Of a DNA stretch of 64,000 nucleotides, positions 1 to 16,100 are shown piece after piece. Origin of the DNA: Phoronis australis (lineage: Eukaryota > Animalia > Phoronida); the NCBI GenBank assembly GCA_002633005.1, contig NMRA01000171.1:310001-374000 (forward strand), in the 5' to 3' direction. Position numbers and translations under genes: made by a program. The notes under the pieces were generated by a model that had not been told where the DNA came from, did not search any database, and saw only the letters and a list, made by a program, of their open reading frames with translations. How positions within the stretch are numbered: position 1 is the first letter of the stretch; each line of letters begins with the position of its first letter.

Positions 1-1612
1 CAAAAATTAAAGGGTGTCAACTAACACTGAAAAGAACCTCGTTTTGGTGTTTACCCCAAAACTGGTTCTGTGACAAGCTATTAGAAGTTGCAGATTTTAG
101 CGAAAGAACTAAATATTAATAGCAAAAGAAAATCAAAATATTTTGATAAGCAAGCTAAAATAACAGTTGGAAGTGCCGTCTGCGATAAATTCGGGAATCT
201 TATTCTGTTCGACCATTCACATTTTATTCAATCATCCTTTATTGTCACTAATTATGTCATTGTCTTCTGTCACTTCCTGGTAATGGTCAGATATAATGTA
301 CCCTCATTTTGGGAACCAGTTTCCTCTACTGAATAACGGGCATCAATTTGGTTTTCAAAATATGGCCATGTTATATCTGACTATTGCACCCTTCGTTAAT
401 TTGACCGTTCGCGAAAATCCGACAAAGATACAAAGGCAAAAATGAGGTTGCTGCTAGGTACACAGTGGTAGTCCGATCCATTTGACAATTTGCACCTACA
501 GTCGCATCAAAAACATGAACTTGTTTTTGAAATTTCACAGACGCCTATCAAAAGGTTTTGAAGATACAGCAGCAGACAACCAACAGATGTAGATGAAGGA
601 ATATGTGCCCAACAAACACAATGCAAAAACACAATATACCTATTGAAACTAAAGCTAACTATAACATACCAATTCCTTTCTTGTGGATGTGGAGTGTACA
701 CTAGAGTTTCATCAATAGTTACGAAATTACAGAAGTCCAGCTGAAATGCATGAACTTATGGGTTCAATAGTGCACAATTTAACACAAAAGCATGTCACAT
801 ATAACATCTTAAATATACAATAGCAATACTTCTGTTTAGCTGAAGCATCATCATCATCAAGCTATGTCCTAATGACAAGAAATCCCTGTCTGGCATTCTC
901 CCATGCCTGGTTGCCATGCCGCAGTCTATGTGTGACAGTAGTAAAGGCTGAATGTTTTCCATGCTAAGTGTCTGTGAAAGTAACATTCGATCTAAACCGT
1001 GAGATTAATTTTGTAACCACCAACCGAGAGCCTCTTCTGGCCACTAATTGTCCACCCCTAACTGTGGGTTTAATATGTTTTCTAATCAATGACAAAGCTT
1101 CGTGGTAATTTTATCAAACTGAGCACTGATAAACATTGGTATACTTTGGTAACAGTCTTTCCTTCAAACATGTAATGTTGAAAATCTGACACTATGCATT
1201 GCGTTCACGATCTTATTTACCCCTTACTTTCTGTGATTGTTGTCAGATATTGCCCTATCCTGTGCCTAACACATGTGGTCATTCAATCCTAGTGCATTGT
1301 GTTCCACGTTTTTGTCTTTGTTTTGTGCTTGACAATGTTCGAAGATCCAGAATCAATGTTGAGTTAAATAAATGCGTTTTATTGTTGCTTAATGGACTGA
1401 CCCCAGATCACAAAGTTCAAATGCAATTAGGATAATGCACAATGCATCCTCTAAGATTTTCAACATCACAACGAAAAACAGTGCAGGATTTTCTTGTAGT
1501 TGGAGACAACTTAAAGGACTAAAGGTTTTCACATGACTTTTAATTCCCTTTTTACCAAATGTATCACATTTTTCTACTTATTGGGTAACATCTCTAAGAC
1601 TCAAATACTTAC

Positions 1613-3234
<1,622 letters not shown>

Positions 3235-3620
3235 GCTCGACAAACCTGGAAACTTTTCTCTTTTCACCTTGCCAACTTACTCAATGACAAACAGGAAAAC
3301 ATGACGTCGTCAAAAATAGATTCTCAATTATTTATATCATTTTTATTAAATACGCCATATATTGGTAAATTTAACTTGCATAAAGATTTCATTATTATTG
3401 TCATATGAATGCTCTTGTATCTTTTCAAATAATACCGAAAAAGAAAATTAGTTAAGTAAATTACAAAATAATATTACTCCACGTTTACGACAAAAAGCTA
3501 CAGTTATCTAGAACTTGGTTGGCCCAGATTAAGTTTTATAGAAGTTTCGACCAATCAGAACGTCTTTTATGAACAATCGAAAAACTAGTCCATCCATGAC
3601 AACGATTCAAAATGGCGACT
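3235..3620. promoter_or_regulatory. Probable bidirectional promoter between PRELID3 and HYDIN
   Basis: Divergent genes; CRE-like TGACGTCG ~3302, CCAATCAG 3551-3558, RFX X-box-like GTCCATCCATGACAAC 3588-3603, YY1-like AAAATGGCG 3609-3617. Confidence 0.6.
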
Positions 3621-3656
3621 AATAGTAGTTGCAAACGTTGAATTTAATGTTTTAAG
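3600..3656 (+). other. HYDIN: Putative HYDIN non-coding first exon (start approximate)
   Basis: Strong donor AAG|GTAAGC at 3656/3657 just downstream of the promoter motifs; the first coding exon has an acceptor 14 nt before its ATG, so an upstream exon is expected. Confidence 0.55.
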
Positions 3657-5159
3657 GTAAGCTTGGGTGCATTATCTAAGTATTTCAAATTCATATCAGT
3701 TATGTATTGATACATATTTAGTGGGGTAGTGTTAGATCCCATTTTTGCTCGGAATCGTTAAGAGATTTGTATCTTTTGTGAATGTTCCTCACAGAGTCGC
3801 ACTCACACTCACAGTCACAGTTGCAGTCGCCGCTAAGACTAAGTTGACTAACCACACTAACGTAACGAGCTGCTCAGTAACACCAGGCTGTAGCATTGCC
3901 AATATGGCCTGCAGCTAGCTTTTTGAAGACTATTGTCAAAATACAGCTAGGGATCGTTGCGTGTAAATTTTGTATAGACCTTGTAATTTCACTCATCACC
4001 CCATAAGGCATAATGACATTTAAAAAAATTCAAAACATTTAGCAGATGACCATTACACTGTGATTTGGTGCATGTGAGTGAACTGGCACACACCTTGCCA
4101 GTCAAGTTAAATGTCGTTGTTTTGCATCATTCTCCGGCTTTTGTGTCAAAGAAAATTTTTTTGTCAAGTTGCAAACAGTTCCCCCGTAACCCTTGACATG
4201 TGCACGCACCATATCTTCTGGGAATGTGATCCGGGAGATGACAACTTCACTAATGTGCACAGAAATTAAGTTTCTGACAGTTAATTATTAAAAACGTTTA
4301 ACAAATTGAAACCAATTCCTTGTGAAGGAAGAACATTTGATTGAAAAATTGATAAATGTTTTCCAATAGGAGAGTTGCTTTATTTTATGGGGTTCAAAGA
4401 CGACGGATATTATTGATGCACAAATTTAGTACAATTCTTATTTTTTTATCACCCGTAACCTACTTCCTTTACCCATGGAAGAGCAGTTTTTAATCATTAA
4501 TTTTGTGTCATTGTGTAGTTTTTCCCGTAATATCATTCCAAAGTTGTATGTTTATGCAGTTTTGCACTAAGGCTACCTTGCCAATTGCACTTGTCCTTGG
4601 GCTTAGCATGATATGGTATATTTGAAATGATGTGAGAAAAAGTGGACGGAATAAAACAAGATCACTGAACAGCTGTTTGCGTCGCATTTTGTTGGAGGAG
4701 TCGTCAATTTTGCGAAACATGCTTGGCATTGTTTTTCATTACGTGATGCTTGGAAAAAAATCTCAAAATATTCTGCGGTCACAGATTCCAAGAGAAAAAT
4801 GGTCCTCATCACGGTGCATGCCTTTTTGTTGCCCGGTCAAAAACCAGGAGTGGGTAACTTGTCAGAAGGCATGGGTCTCTTTAAACTAAATTATTGACTC
4901 TTAAATAATTGACATGTCTGAAGTTGATATGTTGAGGCTTTCATGTATTCAAGAAATGTAGACTAGGTTGTTTAATAAAACTTTTAGAGCTTGCATGTGT
5001 ACTCGGGGTTGGATCGATGAGTGACATCAAAGTGTTCTTTTGCATCTGAGCCATGGTAACTAGTGAGACAACGTTTTGCATTTGTTTCGTTGTTTTAAAA
5101 AATGAAGCTCTTGCCTAGAGCAACTAGTTCATATCATCACTGTGCATGTCTTTTTGCTA

Positions 5160-6577
5160 CCGTATATGTCGTAATAACCACCCAGGGCGCTTAGAAAAGT
5201 TCGGTTCAGGGGGGGCGCTCATTATAACCCAAGGCGGTTGAAACCCGGTCTCCGAAATGGGTGAAATCGGAAGCTAAGATTCATCAAATTTACACTCTGT
5301 GACGTATATGTAATCTATGAAAGACTTTCAACAAAACTATGGTGCATTGCTATCAAACTTTGCTGCTAAATTATGATCATTTTACAGAAAATTGTGCTGA
5401 AATCCCAGGGCAAAAACTCGCCGACTGACTGCCTCGAAATCGTCGTCTTCGTTATGGCGACTTCAATGCTTAAATAAAAATGGTTTTGACTCAAGCAAAT
5501 TACCTGAAATCCTCATTAAGTTTTATAAGTAGCGTCTCTAATAAGATTTTTTTAGTTTCCGTGGAGTCTGGATTACCGGCAGGTTTAAGTACAAATCTGT
5601 GCAAGATCGTGCCATCTACATGTATGATCGGCAACACGGCGAGAAAAATGTCTGGACGAACACACACGATGTTGTCACGTGACGTTTGTTTTGAAGTTCG
5701 TCTGCGAGTAAGCAAGTGCGTGCGTGTCACTAGAGTTCATTTGCCAAAGCAGAGACCGTCTTTTGGCCAGAGCCACGCAATCTAACTAGCTAGATGTGTC
5801 TAAAGAAATTTGCACAAGCAGTTGGCCTAAATCAGAGCGTGTTTCATTCAGCACTTGCCGGTCTCGTGCTAAAAACTTTCGACATTTGTCTCGGTAAGGC
5901 CCATATTAGTCGCCGTGTAGCTGGATGCGTACGTAACTATCTGACATTTATTTTTCGGTGTAAGGGTGTGCAAGCATTCATTGTCAGTTGTCATTTTATC
6001 CGATATTCGGCTTAAAAACACCAATTATGGTTAATCAAACAATCCATCTCAAAAATAACGCAAACATATTTTATAGTATTAGAAATTGTCAGAAATTAGT
6101 GCCTATATTCATTTCTTGTCGATGCTATGCTACCCGTTTCATGAATGGATAGTTCCCGACTAATGTCTTTGATGACAGGTTAATGTATGTAGCGCGAGCT
6201 TCCTGGCCACGTGCGTTTACCGCCGAGTTATTTTTATTCATGAGACAGTTGATGTGTCTACTGAAAGGTCAGACCATAGTGGGACACAGTCGTCGCGAGA
6301 GCGTAGCAACGCTGTTGCGTTCTTTTTGAAGGGCTGCGTTACTTTGAAGTGTAAACTCACGGCTAAATACAAACGTAGCAGTGCCCATGGTGGTCTAGAA
6401 GACCCGTGCAAAAATTTTTTTGATAAATTGAAGACGTTACTGTAGCCGAGTTTTAGGACTGTAGGTACGTTATTGTTCGCATGTACGCGTTCATGGACTG
6501 GGCGCTTATTTCAGCAAAGTCTGAAAACCCGTGGGGGGCGCTTATAGGGGCATGGGCGGTTATTAAGGCGAATACGG
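5160..6577. mobile_element. Non-autonomous Tc1/mariner-superfamily (CCGTA-ended, pogo/Tc2-like) element, ~1.4 kb
   Basis: Imperfect TIRs CCGTATATGTCGTAATAACCACCC / GGGCGGTTATTAAGGCGAATACGG flanked by TA on both sides; subterminal GGGCGCT repeats; no transposase ORF. Confidence 0.8.
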
Positions 6578-6743
6578 TATCTCAAAAGCCAATAGTGAGT
6601 AGCATTTACATTATTAGTGGTTATGCTAGCAACAAATTATGATAGACATACAAATTCCTATTTAATGCTTAAGTCAGCCAGGTCTTACTTTAGTTTTGAC
6701 TCATTCATTAGCAAATTTATTTATTCCAGATTTAATAAGGAAA

Positions 6744-6878
6744 ATGCCTATCGGACCCTTCGGCAATATTGTTGGGACAACCAACAGCTTGGAGGGCCTG
6801 ACAACACAGAACTATGACAGCAAAGTCGTGGCCCCACGGAATCCCAAGCTTATTAAAGGGCCCCTCAATGACTACAGG
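6744..6878 (+). CDS. HYDIN: HYDIN coding exon 1
   Basis: Acceptor AG 6728-6729, ATG 6744, MPIGPFG...SKVVAPRNPKL...YR|gtaaga. Confidence 0.85.
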
Positions 6879-9800
6879 GTAAGACAGTGTGCTTTATTTT
6901 GAACTACATATTATTGTTTATCCATTACAAACTTATTGTGTTTGGCCTAGATACGTTGTTTTGGTGTAAGTTGCATAACGGCTCTGATTTATCTGGAAAA
7001 ACAGTGATATTTTATTAATTAATACTATGGTGTTTATTACACATTTGTATCAAGTTTGCTTGGAAGATGATGAAACAGTAGTGTATGTGAGCATTTATGG
7101 AATTTTATTTAGAAAAATGCGAGAAGTCTCGTTACACTTTAATTCTGTTTTGTAAATATCATTCAGATGACACCTTCCAAGTACATGTTTGATATGGCTA
7201 TGGACACAGAGCGTAAATTGGCCAGTACACATGAAATGAGGCTGCCGAAAAAGATAGAACTGTTGGACATGTCAGAAACCACACATCAAAAGGTAATCCT
7301 CAAAAGTGCTATGATACGGTGACTTAATGGCTGAGGTTGTGATACTTGATTTAAAAGGCGTACTGTTTTGCCCATAAAAATATTTGCTACTTCTGATCCG
7401 TAGTTCCCACCCACAAGCCATGACTACTTTGTGATTTTTTCACAAATTTTGACTATACTGGTAGTGAATGTTTTTGGTAGAAATGGGAAGGTCCAACCAA
7501 CCATATTCTTTCTCAAAAGTGACCCATTTATTGGTGCACCCTCTTGTGTCTTGTGACTGGTAGTACTTATGGGAAAGGATTACTTTACACTTTCCCAAAT
7601 GATTAATTTAATGGCATCCCAATTATGCAATTTTGAAGGTGCAGCTGTAAATTTACTTTTTTTGTAAAACGTTGCATATCATTTCAGTTTCTTCAACTGT
7701 GGTAAAGTTAGAACAGCTAATCTCCAAATACGATTTTCGTTATGCAGTAACTGTCATTCTTTGAGTTGCCATATTACAACATAATCCCTTACCAGGTTGA
7801 TACTAGGTTGATCATAGAAACTTTTCCTGAGGTATTTTGTTGGGTTTATGCCAGTAAGAAGTAATGCTACTACAGGAGCAATACTTTACAAATTCGTTTA
7901 CTTCCATGTTCTACTTAATCTTTTTTGTTCCAGTTCTCAACAGTCAGCATTGATGAGTGCATGTTCCAACCGTTTCCATCAGAGATCTTCTTCCAGAAGT
8001 ATGAACCCTTTCAGGTGTATGAAGTCCCTTTGCTGCTCAGAAACAATGACAAGGTATCGTAAGATTCCGTAATGAATACAAAAAACCATCACACATTTCT
8101 CCAATTAAATCACCAGTGACCGTGGCAGTGGCCAACAAAACCTGTTGTCAAATGTACAGTTTAAAGCTGTGTTTTCCATCAAAGAAACAAACTTTTGAAT
8201 TAGAACCACAGCTCATCATACTCCTATCTACGATTAGAAGTGGCTTCTGACCTTGATAAGAAACGCTAGCAGTTTCTCGTGCATAAAATGCCCTGCTACA
8301 TAAAGCCAATGTATTGAGTCAATCTCATGCAGTAGGAAACTTGTAGTTCTTCTCAAGCACATTTGAGGAGGGAACAAGTTGAGACCACTTTCATACCTGT
8401 AACTATTCTAAATCAAACATTTTCTTTGAAGAAAAGCAGGTTTATAGCAGTTTTGATGCAAGCGTGATACGAAATTGTGATTACTTTAGTATTCAGTCGA
8501 TTTATTTCTGCAATAAAGGCCATAGGCTCACTGTACAAAAGAACAACATGTAATATATTTAAGAGTGAAGCAAGCTATCACGGAGACGAAGAGCATAAAA
8601 ACATATTTACATACTTTAGGTTAACTAATTTAGCATCATTACTTGCTGACATTGATCTGTTGAACTTGAAAATTCCAGTGGTTCACTTCAATATTATTTT
8701 CTATTAGTCCAGAATATATATCACAGCTTAGAAGGAAATGGTACTCGTAAGAAACACCAGAAGCACCTTTATCAGTAATTTATTTTAAGTTCAGTCATAG
8801 CTAAGCGGGTTGATGGGACACTGTTGCGAAGGTAATGTTGTATTTTATGTAAGTGAAAAGTATTGCTGCTGATCTTAGTTTGGAACATTCAAGTTCAATT
8901 TGCACCTTTATGAGCCACTAAATGAATTGTTTCAAATGAAAATTGAAGATAGGACGATGTTAGCTAATACCATACAGCGTTTGATAAAACGGGGCCCAAA
9001 TGTAGTCAGCGTCGTTTGATATTGAGTGTTCATGCTCTGTTTGTTTTTCTCCAGGTGCCGCGCTTGGTGAAGGTCACACAAGCAGATTCTCCTTACTTCA
9101 AGATCGTGGCACCACCAAACAGTAGCCACAAAGTTGGCCCTGGTCTCCCTACTACATACATGATACAGTTCATTCCTGAGGAAAAGAAGGTAGGAAATGC
9201 TGTAAATCTGTATTACTTGTCTGCTAAAATCAAAATCATTTGACTTCATTAGCTGTTATTACATTCTAGACCGTGTGAAATTCGAGTTTTGATTCTTTCT
9301 AAATTCTTTTGCTAAATGAAAAGTATGTTAGGGCTGTTCCAGTAAAATCTGTATGGGAGGGGGGGAAGGCACCTTTTTTCGCACCCACCACCCATATTTT
9401 TCATTTATTTCTTCAGCCTACCACCCGTAATTTTTTATGAGTTTGAAATGCAACCACCCGTAATTTTTTTTGTTCTTGTGGTTGACTGCACAGGCGCTTG
9501 AGTTTATCTGTTCCTCCATCACCGCTAACGTCATTCATTACTAAGAAAACATATGTTTCTTATATGTGGTTATTAGCCATCGAGAAATTCGAGCACCTGT
9601 GGTTAAATGGTGTTATGCGCATGCCGATGAAGAGATCGGAGGGAGTGAAAAAGTTGGAGCTTTTTGCAAGTTGCATTTTTGTTTCAGTTTTTGATTCTGT
9701 GCCGATTGTTTATAAAATTTACTAAAATTACCCACCATCAAACATTTATGGCCCAATGAAACAACAATGACCTGCAAATTTTTATTTTTTGAAGTACGAC

Positions 9801-12800
9801 CACCAGCCATTTTGAATTTAAATTAAACGCAACCACCCATAAATTTTTATTTCAGTTGCCTTTCCCCCCCCCCCTCCCACACAGATTTTGCTGGAACAGC
9901 CCTTACCTCTTTATTGTCTCACATTTAGGAATTTTGTACTCAGATATTTTCCTGGAAAATTTTCTTAGTGATTGATATTGTTTCGTCCTGCCAGGACTAC
10001 ATCCATGAGCTGGTTTGCATCACGGAGCGAGAGAAGTTCATTGTGCCTGTTCGTTGTATTGGGGCCAGAGCCATACTGGACTTCCCAGATGATGTGCACT
10101 TCCCCCTAGCTCCAGTGAAGTACGCTTCATCAAGGACGCTTCTCGTGAGAAATGTAGGCAACCGTGAGGCAAAGTTTGCTTTGTCTGCCCCTGAGTAAGT
10201 GTCTTGGGGTATTTCAGGGGAACAGGGAATTTCTTGCAGGTAGCATAAGACTCACAGTAGCAGGATACCAATAAACACTTTAATATAAAATAATGGACCA
10301 TTCACAATTATCTGACAGCATTTTCTTGATTGCATCATATACTTTACGACTTGCTCCAAGTGGTTGCATTTGACATTATAAGAATATTCACTTAAACACG
10401 GTAATATGCTGGAAGGGTTCTTAACATGATCTCTTCGTTAATTCTCTCTATTACAGTATTAGAGTTGTGCTTGACCAGTTAAGACAAACTAGTTTGTGTC
10501 ATTCTCATTCTTTTTTTCATGCTATTTTGTGTAAGTGTTTGTCACAGCCACACATTTTTCTTACACAGACCTTTTAAAGTCACACCTGAAAATGGAATCT
10601 TACCTGTTAATGACAGTATGCAAGTGCAAATAGAGTTCAAGCCTATGACAGTGGGTGACCACAAAAAAGACCTCACACTTCACTATGACACAGGTAAGCT
10701 TTTTGCGAACTCTTCTCTCCTGGCCACAGTCAGCGTGGTCTAGTGAACAGCAAAGTATGTTGTCGTTAATTTATGAGGAATAATTTGAATTCATAATTTT
10801 TTTTATTTATTTGTCATATGTAAAAAATCATATCTTTTCAGGTGAAGACATCTTGGTGAACCTTTATGGAGCCTCACACGATGCCAATGTTAGACTGGAC
10901 AAAAACTCAATCCGGATAGAAAACACTTTTCTGTCAATGGCCAATCAGAGAACTGTTACCATTAGCAACAGAAGCGATGTCATCACACACTTTCGCTGGA
11001 CGCAGTTCGCCACATCACTTGAGGAAAACCTTCAAAAATCAAGGTGTGTAATAGGTTGTTGTGTTATCGTTTATACTAGAATTACTCCATTGTTATGTTA
11101 AACGTTATTTTGTGTCCACATTATTCACCTTGTCCTTGTCCAATAACCGCCATCTGTTGCTATATGTCCAATGATGGATGGGATGGCACACACAAACTCT
11201 GTCTTAGTGATAATTTAAGTTTTGCTTCTGTGTCTACCAAGGCCCTCGGTAGATTTTCATGATATTTGACAGACAACACCTTTCCATATTCTGTGCCCCT
11301 AATGACTTTTCTTATTAATTTTGAATCTGCTTCTGGCTTCTGTCAAACTGTTTGAAGGATCATTTATGAAATTGTGTCCCTGTTGAGGAGAGCACGTCTG
11401 GTGTTGATCTTTTTATGTATTTAACTACTGCCTTATAGCAATGTGGGTATTTTTGCATCGGCCTCAATATCTGCAATTACCTTTGATGGATCTTCTTAAA
11501 TTTGGCCTATGTTTGTGTTCCTATAAATTGAAGAAAGCACAGTAGGTGTTGATTTTTTTAGTTGGTCTGACTTCTGCAGTGCCCCCTTGTGTGACAAATT
11601 GTCGTTGCATCCGTCTTAGAATCTGCAAACAGTTCTTTTATGGATCTACATGAAATTTCCCTAAATGTGTTTCTAATGACTCCAGCACAACAGAACTGTT
11701 GATTTTCAAATCCATCTGACTGTCATGGAAGTATTTATAAAAAATCATCACCCCCTATATCTTTGTTGTTTGCACATGGTGGATGCATATCGTTACTCTG
11801 TATTCATTTTTTCTTTTATTGTTTTATTACTCTTATATTGTGTAGTGTTTGCCAGTTCTGTTCTCTGTACATTTACTTTTCAAAAATTTCATTTGCCACT
11901 ACGCATTTATTTCCAAGAATACTTGAAGGGAACTGACTATTTATGTATGGACCAAGGGAGAGCAACGTTGCACAAGTCTGAGAGCAAACCTGGGGGATCA
12001 TTGCACTGATACTTCTTGTCTCTTATTTTTTTACATCCTGCAATCAGGGATTCATGGTTCTTACTATTGGTCATGCAATTGGACAGATCACGAGTAGCAG
12101 CATCTGATGTAGTGGTAACTTGAATGAAAAGGGATATTCCATGGCTGGATGGACAGGATACTAATGGACGTCATGTCACTGTGTGTGTTTTTGTCAAACA
12201 GAGGACAGGAGTATCAGTAGTGGTATAATAAAATGCTCTATGTACTTGACAGTTAGTTTAAAAGTAACAAAACATAGGACCCAATTAAGGTTGTGTTACA
12301 TTGATGTTCATTGAATGGCATTTACTTCTCTCTCAGATTCTGCAATGACTTGGTGGTGGCTGAAAACTCGGAGACCGACCGTTTCCTGGAGGAATGTATT
12401 GGTGATCCATCGCTTAGAGATAAACTGTCAATCATTGGCCGGAGCTTCAAAAACAGGAAACAGGTAATGTAACTTAAAACTAAGTTGTACGTAATTTCGC
12501 AAAGCAATTGCGACAATAAATCTCCTCATGGAGTGGAAACTGTAAATTCTATCGCATAATTCAACATTCCAATGCCGCCGACCAATTGGTTCAATGGCCG
12601 CCATGTTGCTTGGAGGCACTTATACTATACTTGACGTGTAGCTCTTGCCTTTCTTGCGCTTCATTTAGACTGATCTTGCTTTTTGACAACTCACCTCTGG
12701 CCATTATTAACAAGATTACCAAACTTTGATCAAAAAAAGTCATGATGAACTTTTGAAACAACTAGGATGTCCTTATACAACAACATGAGCATATAGGTAC

Positions 12801-13129
12801 AGTAATAGAATGCTTGAGTAACAGAACAGTGTATTAATAGGACATGCTCACCAGAGGTCAGTACATGTTACTTGATAATGGGATGATTTCATTCTCCATT
12901 ATTGAACTACATGGCTTTGTTTGACATTAGTTTTAGACCTGTTAAAAGAGACACGTTAGTAAGGTAGAGTGTACAAAGGCCATGTGAAAGTAGCATTAGC
13001 TTGCACAAATTTTGACTTCATGCACACAAGCATACAAGCAAGACAGTCGACCGTGGGCAATGCATACTATTTATTGCAAGTGTAACATATGCAGATAGGA
13101 GTGCATGACTATCTGACACACACGCTCGT

Positions 13130-13173
<44 letters not shown>

Positions 13174-16100
13174 ATGCATAAACAAATGCGAATTTTGAAT
13201 TTTGAGACCGGTTTACCAGGAGTATGTGGCATTAATTATCGCATGTCTTGAGGTTAGTCAGAAATTGATGACACTGCTGTGATCACTTTAGTAGAAAATA
13301 TCCGAGAAAGGAAATGGAATTTGTCAGGTATTTAGCAAAAGATCAGGACCTGGGGTCTAATCGTAGTACTTGAAATCGAACTTGAAATTATGTTTGCCAT
13401 TTTCCATCCTACTTTTGAGTGAACTCAAGATAAATCTTTGCTATACTGTGCTTGATTGGGTTATTATTTATACGTGTGAGTTTGTGGTCCAAGTTCACAC
13501 TTGATGACCTCTAGGTTTGAGCTACAAACTTGTGTAAAAACTGGAGGTTAGCTTTAACTCTGGAGTCATCTAGTGCAAACTAGAATTAGAGACTCCTCCA
13601 AGTAAACCATGATGTCCTTAAACACAGAAAAATAGAAACTCATCTTGAGTTTGCGCAGATGAAAAATAGCAAAAATAATTTTGTGTTCGGTTTCAAGTAC
13701 AGACATTAAACCCTAGGATCAGAAAAGTAACGGTTGAAATTTTTTTCTACCAATGTTTCATTAATTTTCAACGAGAACAGATTTTATCTGCTTCTCTTGA
13801 AAACTACACTGGTTGCTCAGAAGATGCAAAGTATAGTTCTGAGTTGTTAGTTGCTTTGCCTTTTATCTCATACCTTTACAATTACAGGTTGTTGAAAATG
13901 ACAAACTGCTCTACACTGATGACGTCATCACTATTGACCCTGTAGAGGGTGACATTTGGCCAAATTCCACCATTGATGTCAATATTGTCTTCAAACCCTC
14001 TGAAGCCAAGACATATACACGTACAGCGTTCTGTGATATCACTGGGAGGGAGTCGCGTCTCCCGCTGCGCATCAGAGGTGATGGCATTGGCCCCAAAGTT
14101 CATTTCTCTTTTGACAAACTGGATATGGGTAACATCTTTGTTGGCTCCAGGCATGTGTACGAGGTCGTAATGGCAAACAAAGGTGATATTGATGCTGTGT
14201 ATGCGGTCCAGCCTAATAAGTCAGTATTTGGACCCTGCTTTAGCTTTAACCCGGAGGAAGGCATTATAAACCCAGGAGGATATCAGGCCATTCAAGTGGT
14301 ATTCAGCAGCAAGACGCTGGGCGATTTTGAAGAAGACTTCTTCGCTAAGGTCGATGGGTCACCGGAGGAGGTTAAGTTGACATTCACGTAAGTGAAGCTG
14401 TTTGACACGATTGCTTTCTTGGAAATCCAGTGTGTTTGTTGTGCACATTTAAAGATGTTCATGATGGCTTGAATACAGAATTGTTAGATAATAGTGGGCT
14501 TCCTGAAGGGAATGCTCTTTGCTCTGTCTTGTCTAGATCAAACTATTTATTTAGAAATAAGATGTGCTTGCTGTTTTCTAGGGGCTCTGTCATTGGACCA
14601 ACGTTTCATTTTGATGTTCCCCGTCTCAAGTTTGGAACGGTATCCTATGGTGAGTTAACACTGATTGTTTTTTATCAAGAATCAAAATTTTTATTTTATT
14701 ATTAAAATAGTCATATCAGCAATCACCGTATTTATTGCTTATAATTTGTAAGTCCGCAGATGTGATGTTAAGCTGCATGTTATTCATAATTATGTTTTTT
14801 GTTAACTGTAGGTTGTATGGTGTTTGACTCATTTTAAAGTTTTCACCTATCTGTGGTGCATATCATCAAAGAAATGTGACCTGTGACCTTGTTCTTTTCA
14901 GGTTTTCCCAACTCGCGATCTTGCACTCTTACCAACACGGCGCTGGTCCCTATGACCTTTAACCTCCGCGTACCTGGTGATGGGACCAATGAGAGCGTAT
15001 GCAGCACCAGCGACTTTGAAATCGCCCTCTGTGAGCTGCCGCCAGTACACCATCCCCGGGAGTTTGAGATTGTACCCAGCTATGGCACATTGAAACCCCA
15101 GAGTCAATTGACAGTGTGTGTCAACTTCATATCAAATTCCCTGAAGAAGTATGACATGAACCTTGTAGTGGATGTAGAAGGTGTCGGCGATGAGGTTGTC
15201 TCACTTCCTATCACAGCCAAGTAAGTTGATTTTTATCCCACTTCAGTGATTTCAAAAAAAGTTGACAAAACCACATGAGGAAAACCTGCGAAAGATTGAA
15301 CCAAAATGTTACTGCTTAATGACTGTTTGCTACAAGTTAATTTTTCCCCCATCTATGTTTGTGGTGTTGGCCACAAGTTTTGAGTAATCAGACTAATGAC
15401 AAAATTCCGGGAAATTCATCAACAGTTTTGAAAACATTTCACAATACAGTATGACATCATATCAGTCCATTTAATAGCATGCAACTATGTAATGTTGCAT
15501 TTTTTATTAGTAAAATTATGCTCTTTATATGCATAATTTGTTTTTTGTATAACCAAACTCAACTTTTAAATTCTAAAAACTGCATTGGTTTGATTTTTTA
15601 ATGAATTGATGTTGATTTAAAACTTTGCTTCTTTCTTACTTTTGCTAGTGTACGTTGTAAAATCAACGTGTTCCTATTGCAGATGTGTTGTGCCAAGCGT
15701 CACTGTAATGACTCCCCTGTTGGACTACAGTCGTTGTTTCCTGCGCCACCCTTACCAACAGAACGTGAAGCTGATGAACGAGTCGGAGCTGGCAGCCAGA
15801 TATGAACTTCTGCCTCAGCACATTGATGATACCACTCCTATCCTGTACAGTAGTCCTCAGCCACGGGTATGTTCAAAAATATATCATGTTCATGAAAAGT
15901 TACTTTAAGTTATCAAATATTTCAATCAGAAATTTAGTTTGACTTATGTTCCACGCAACACAGTTAAACAAAGTGCAATTTAAGTCTTTGAGAATATACC
16001 AATAACTGCTAGTTATTGAGAACATTTACATAGTAGGTAGTGAATATTGTTTCTAGGCTGTAATGTTGTGATATATACTTGGCTGTGATGTTGTGATATA

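Noticed and set aside
795-986. Minus-strand ORF as a possible PRELID3 exon 4
   Set aside because: No frame resembles the expected ..VDE.L.Y.PHP.. segment; the next exon probably lies outside the window.
5480-6445. Short ORFs inside the TIR element as a possible transposase
   Set aside because: None resembles a DDE or HTH domain, and all are about 100 aa or shorter.
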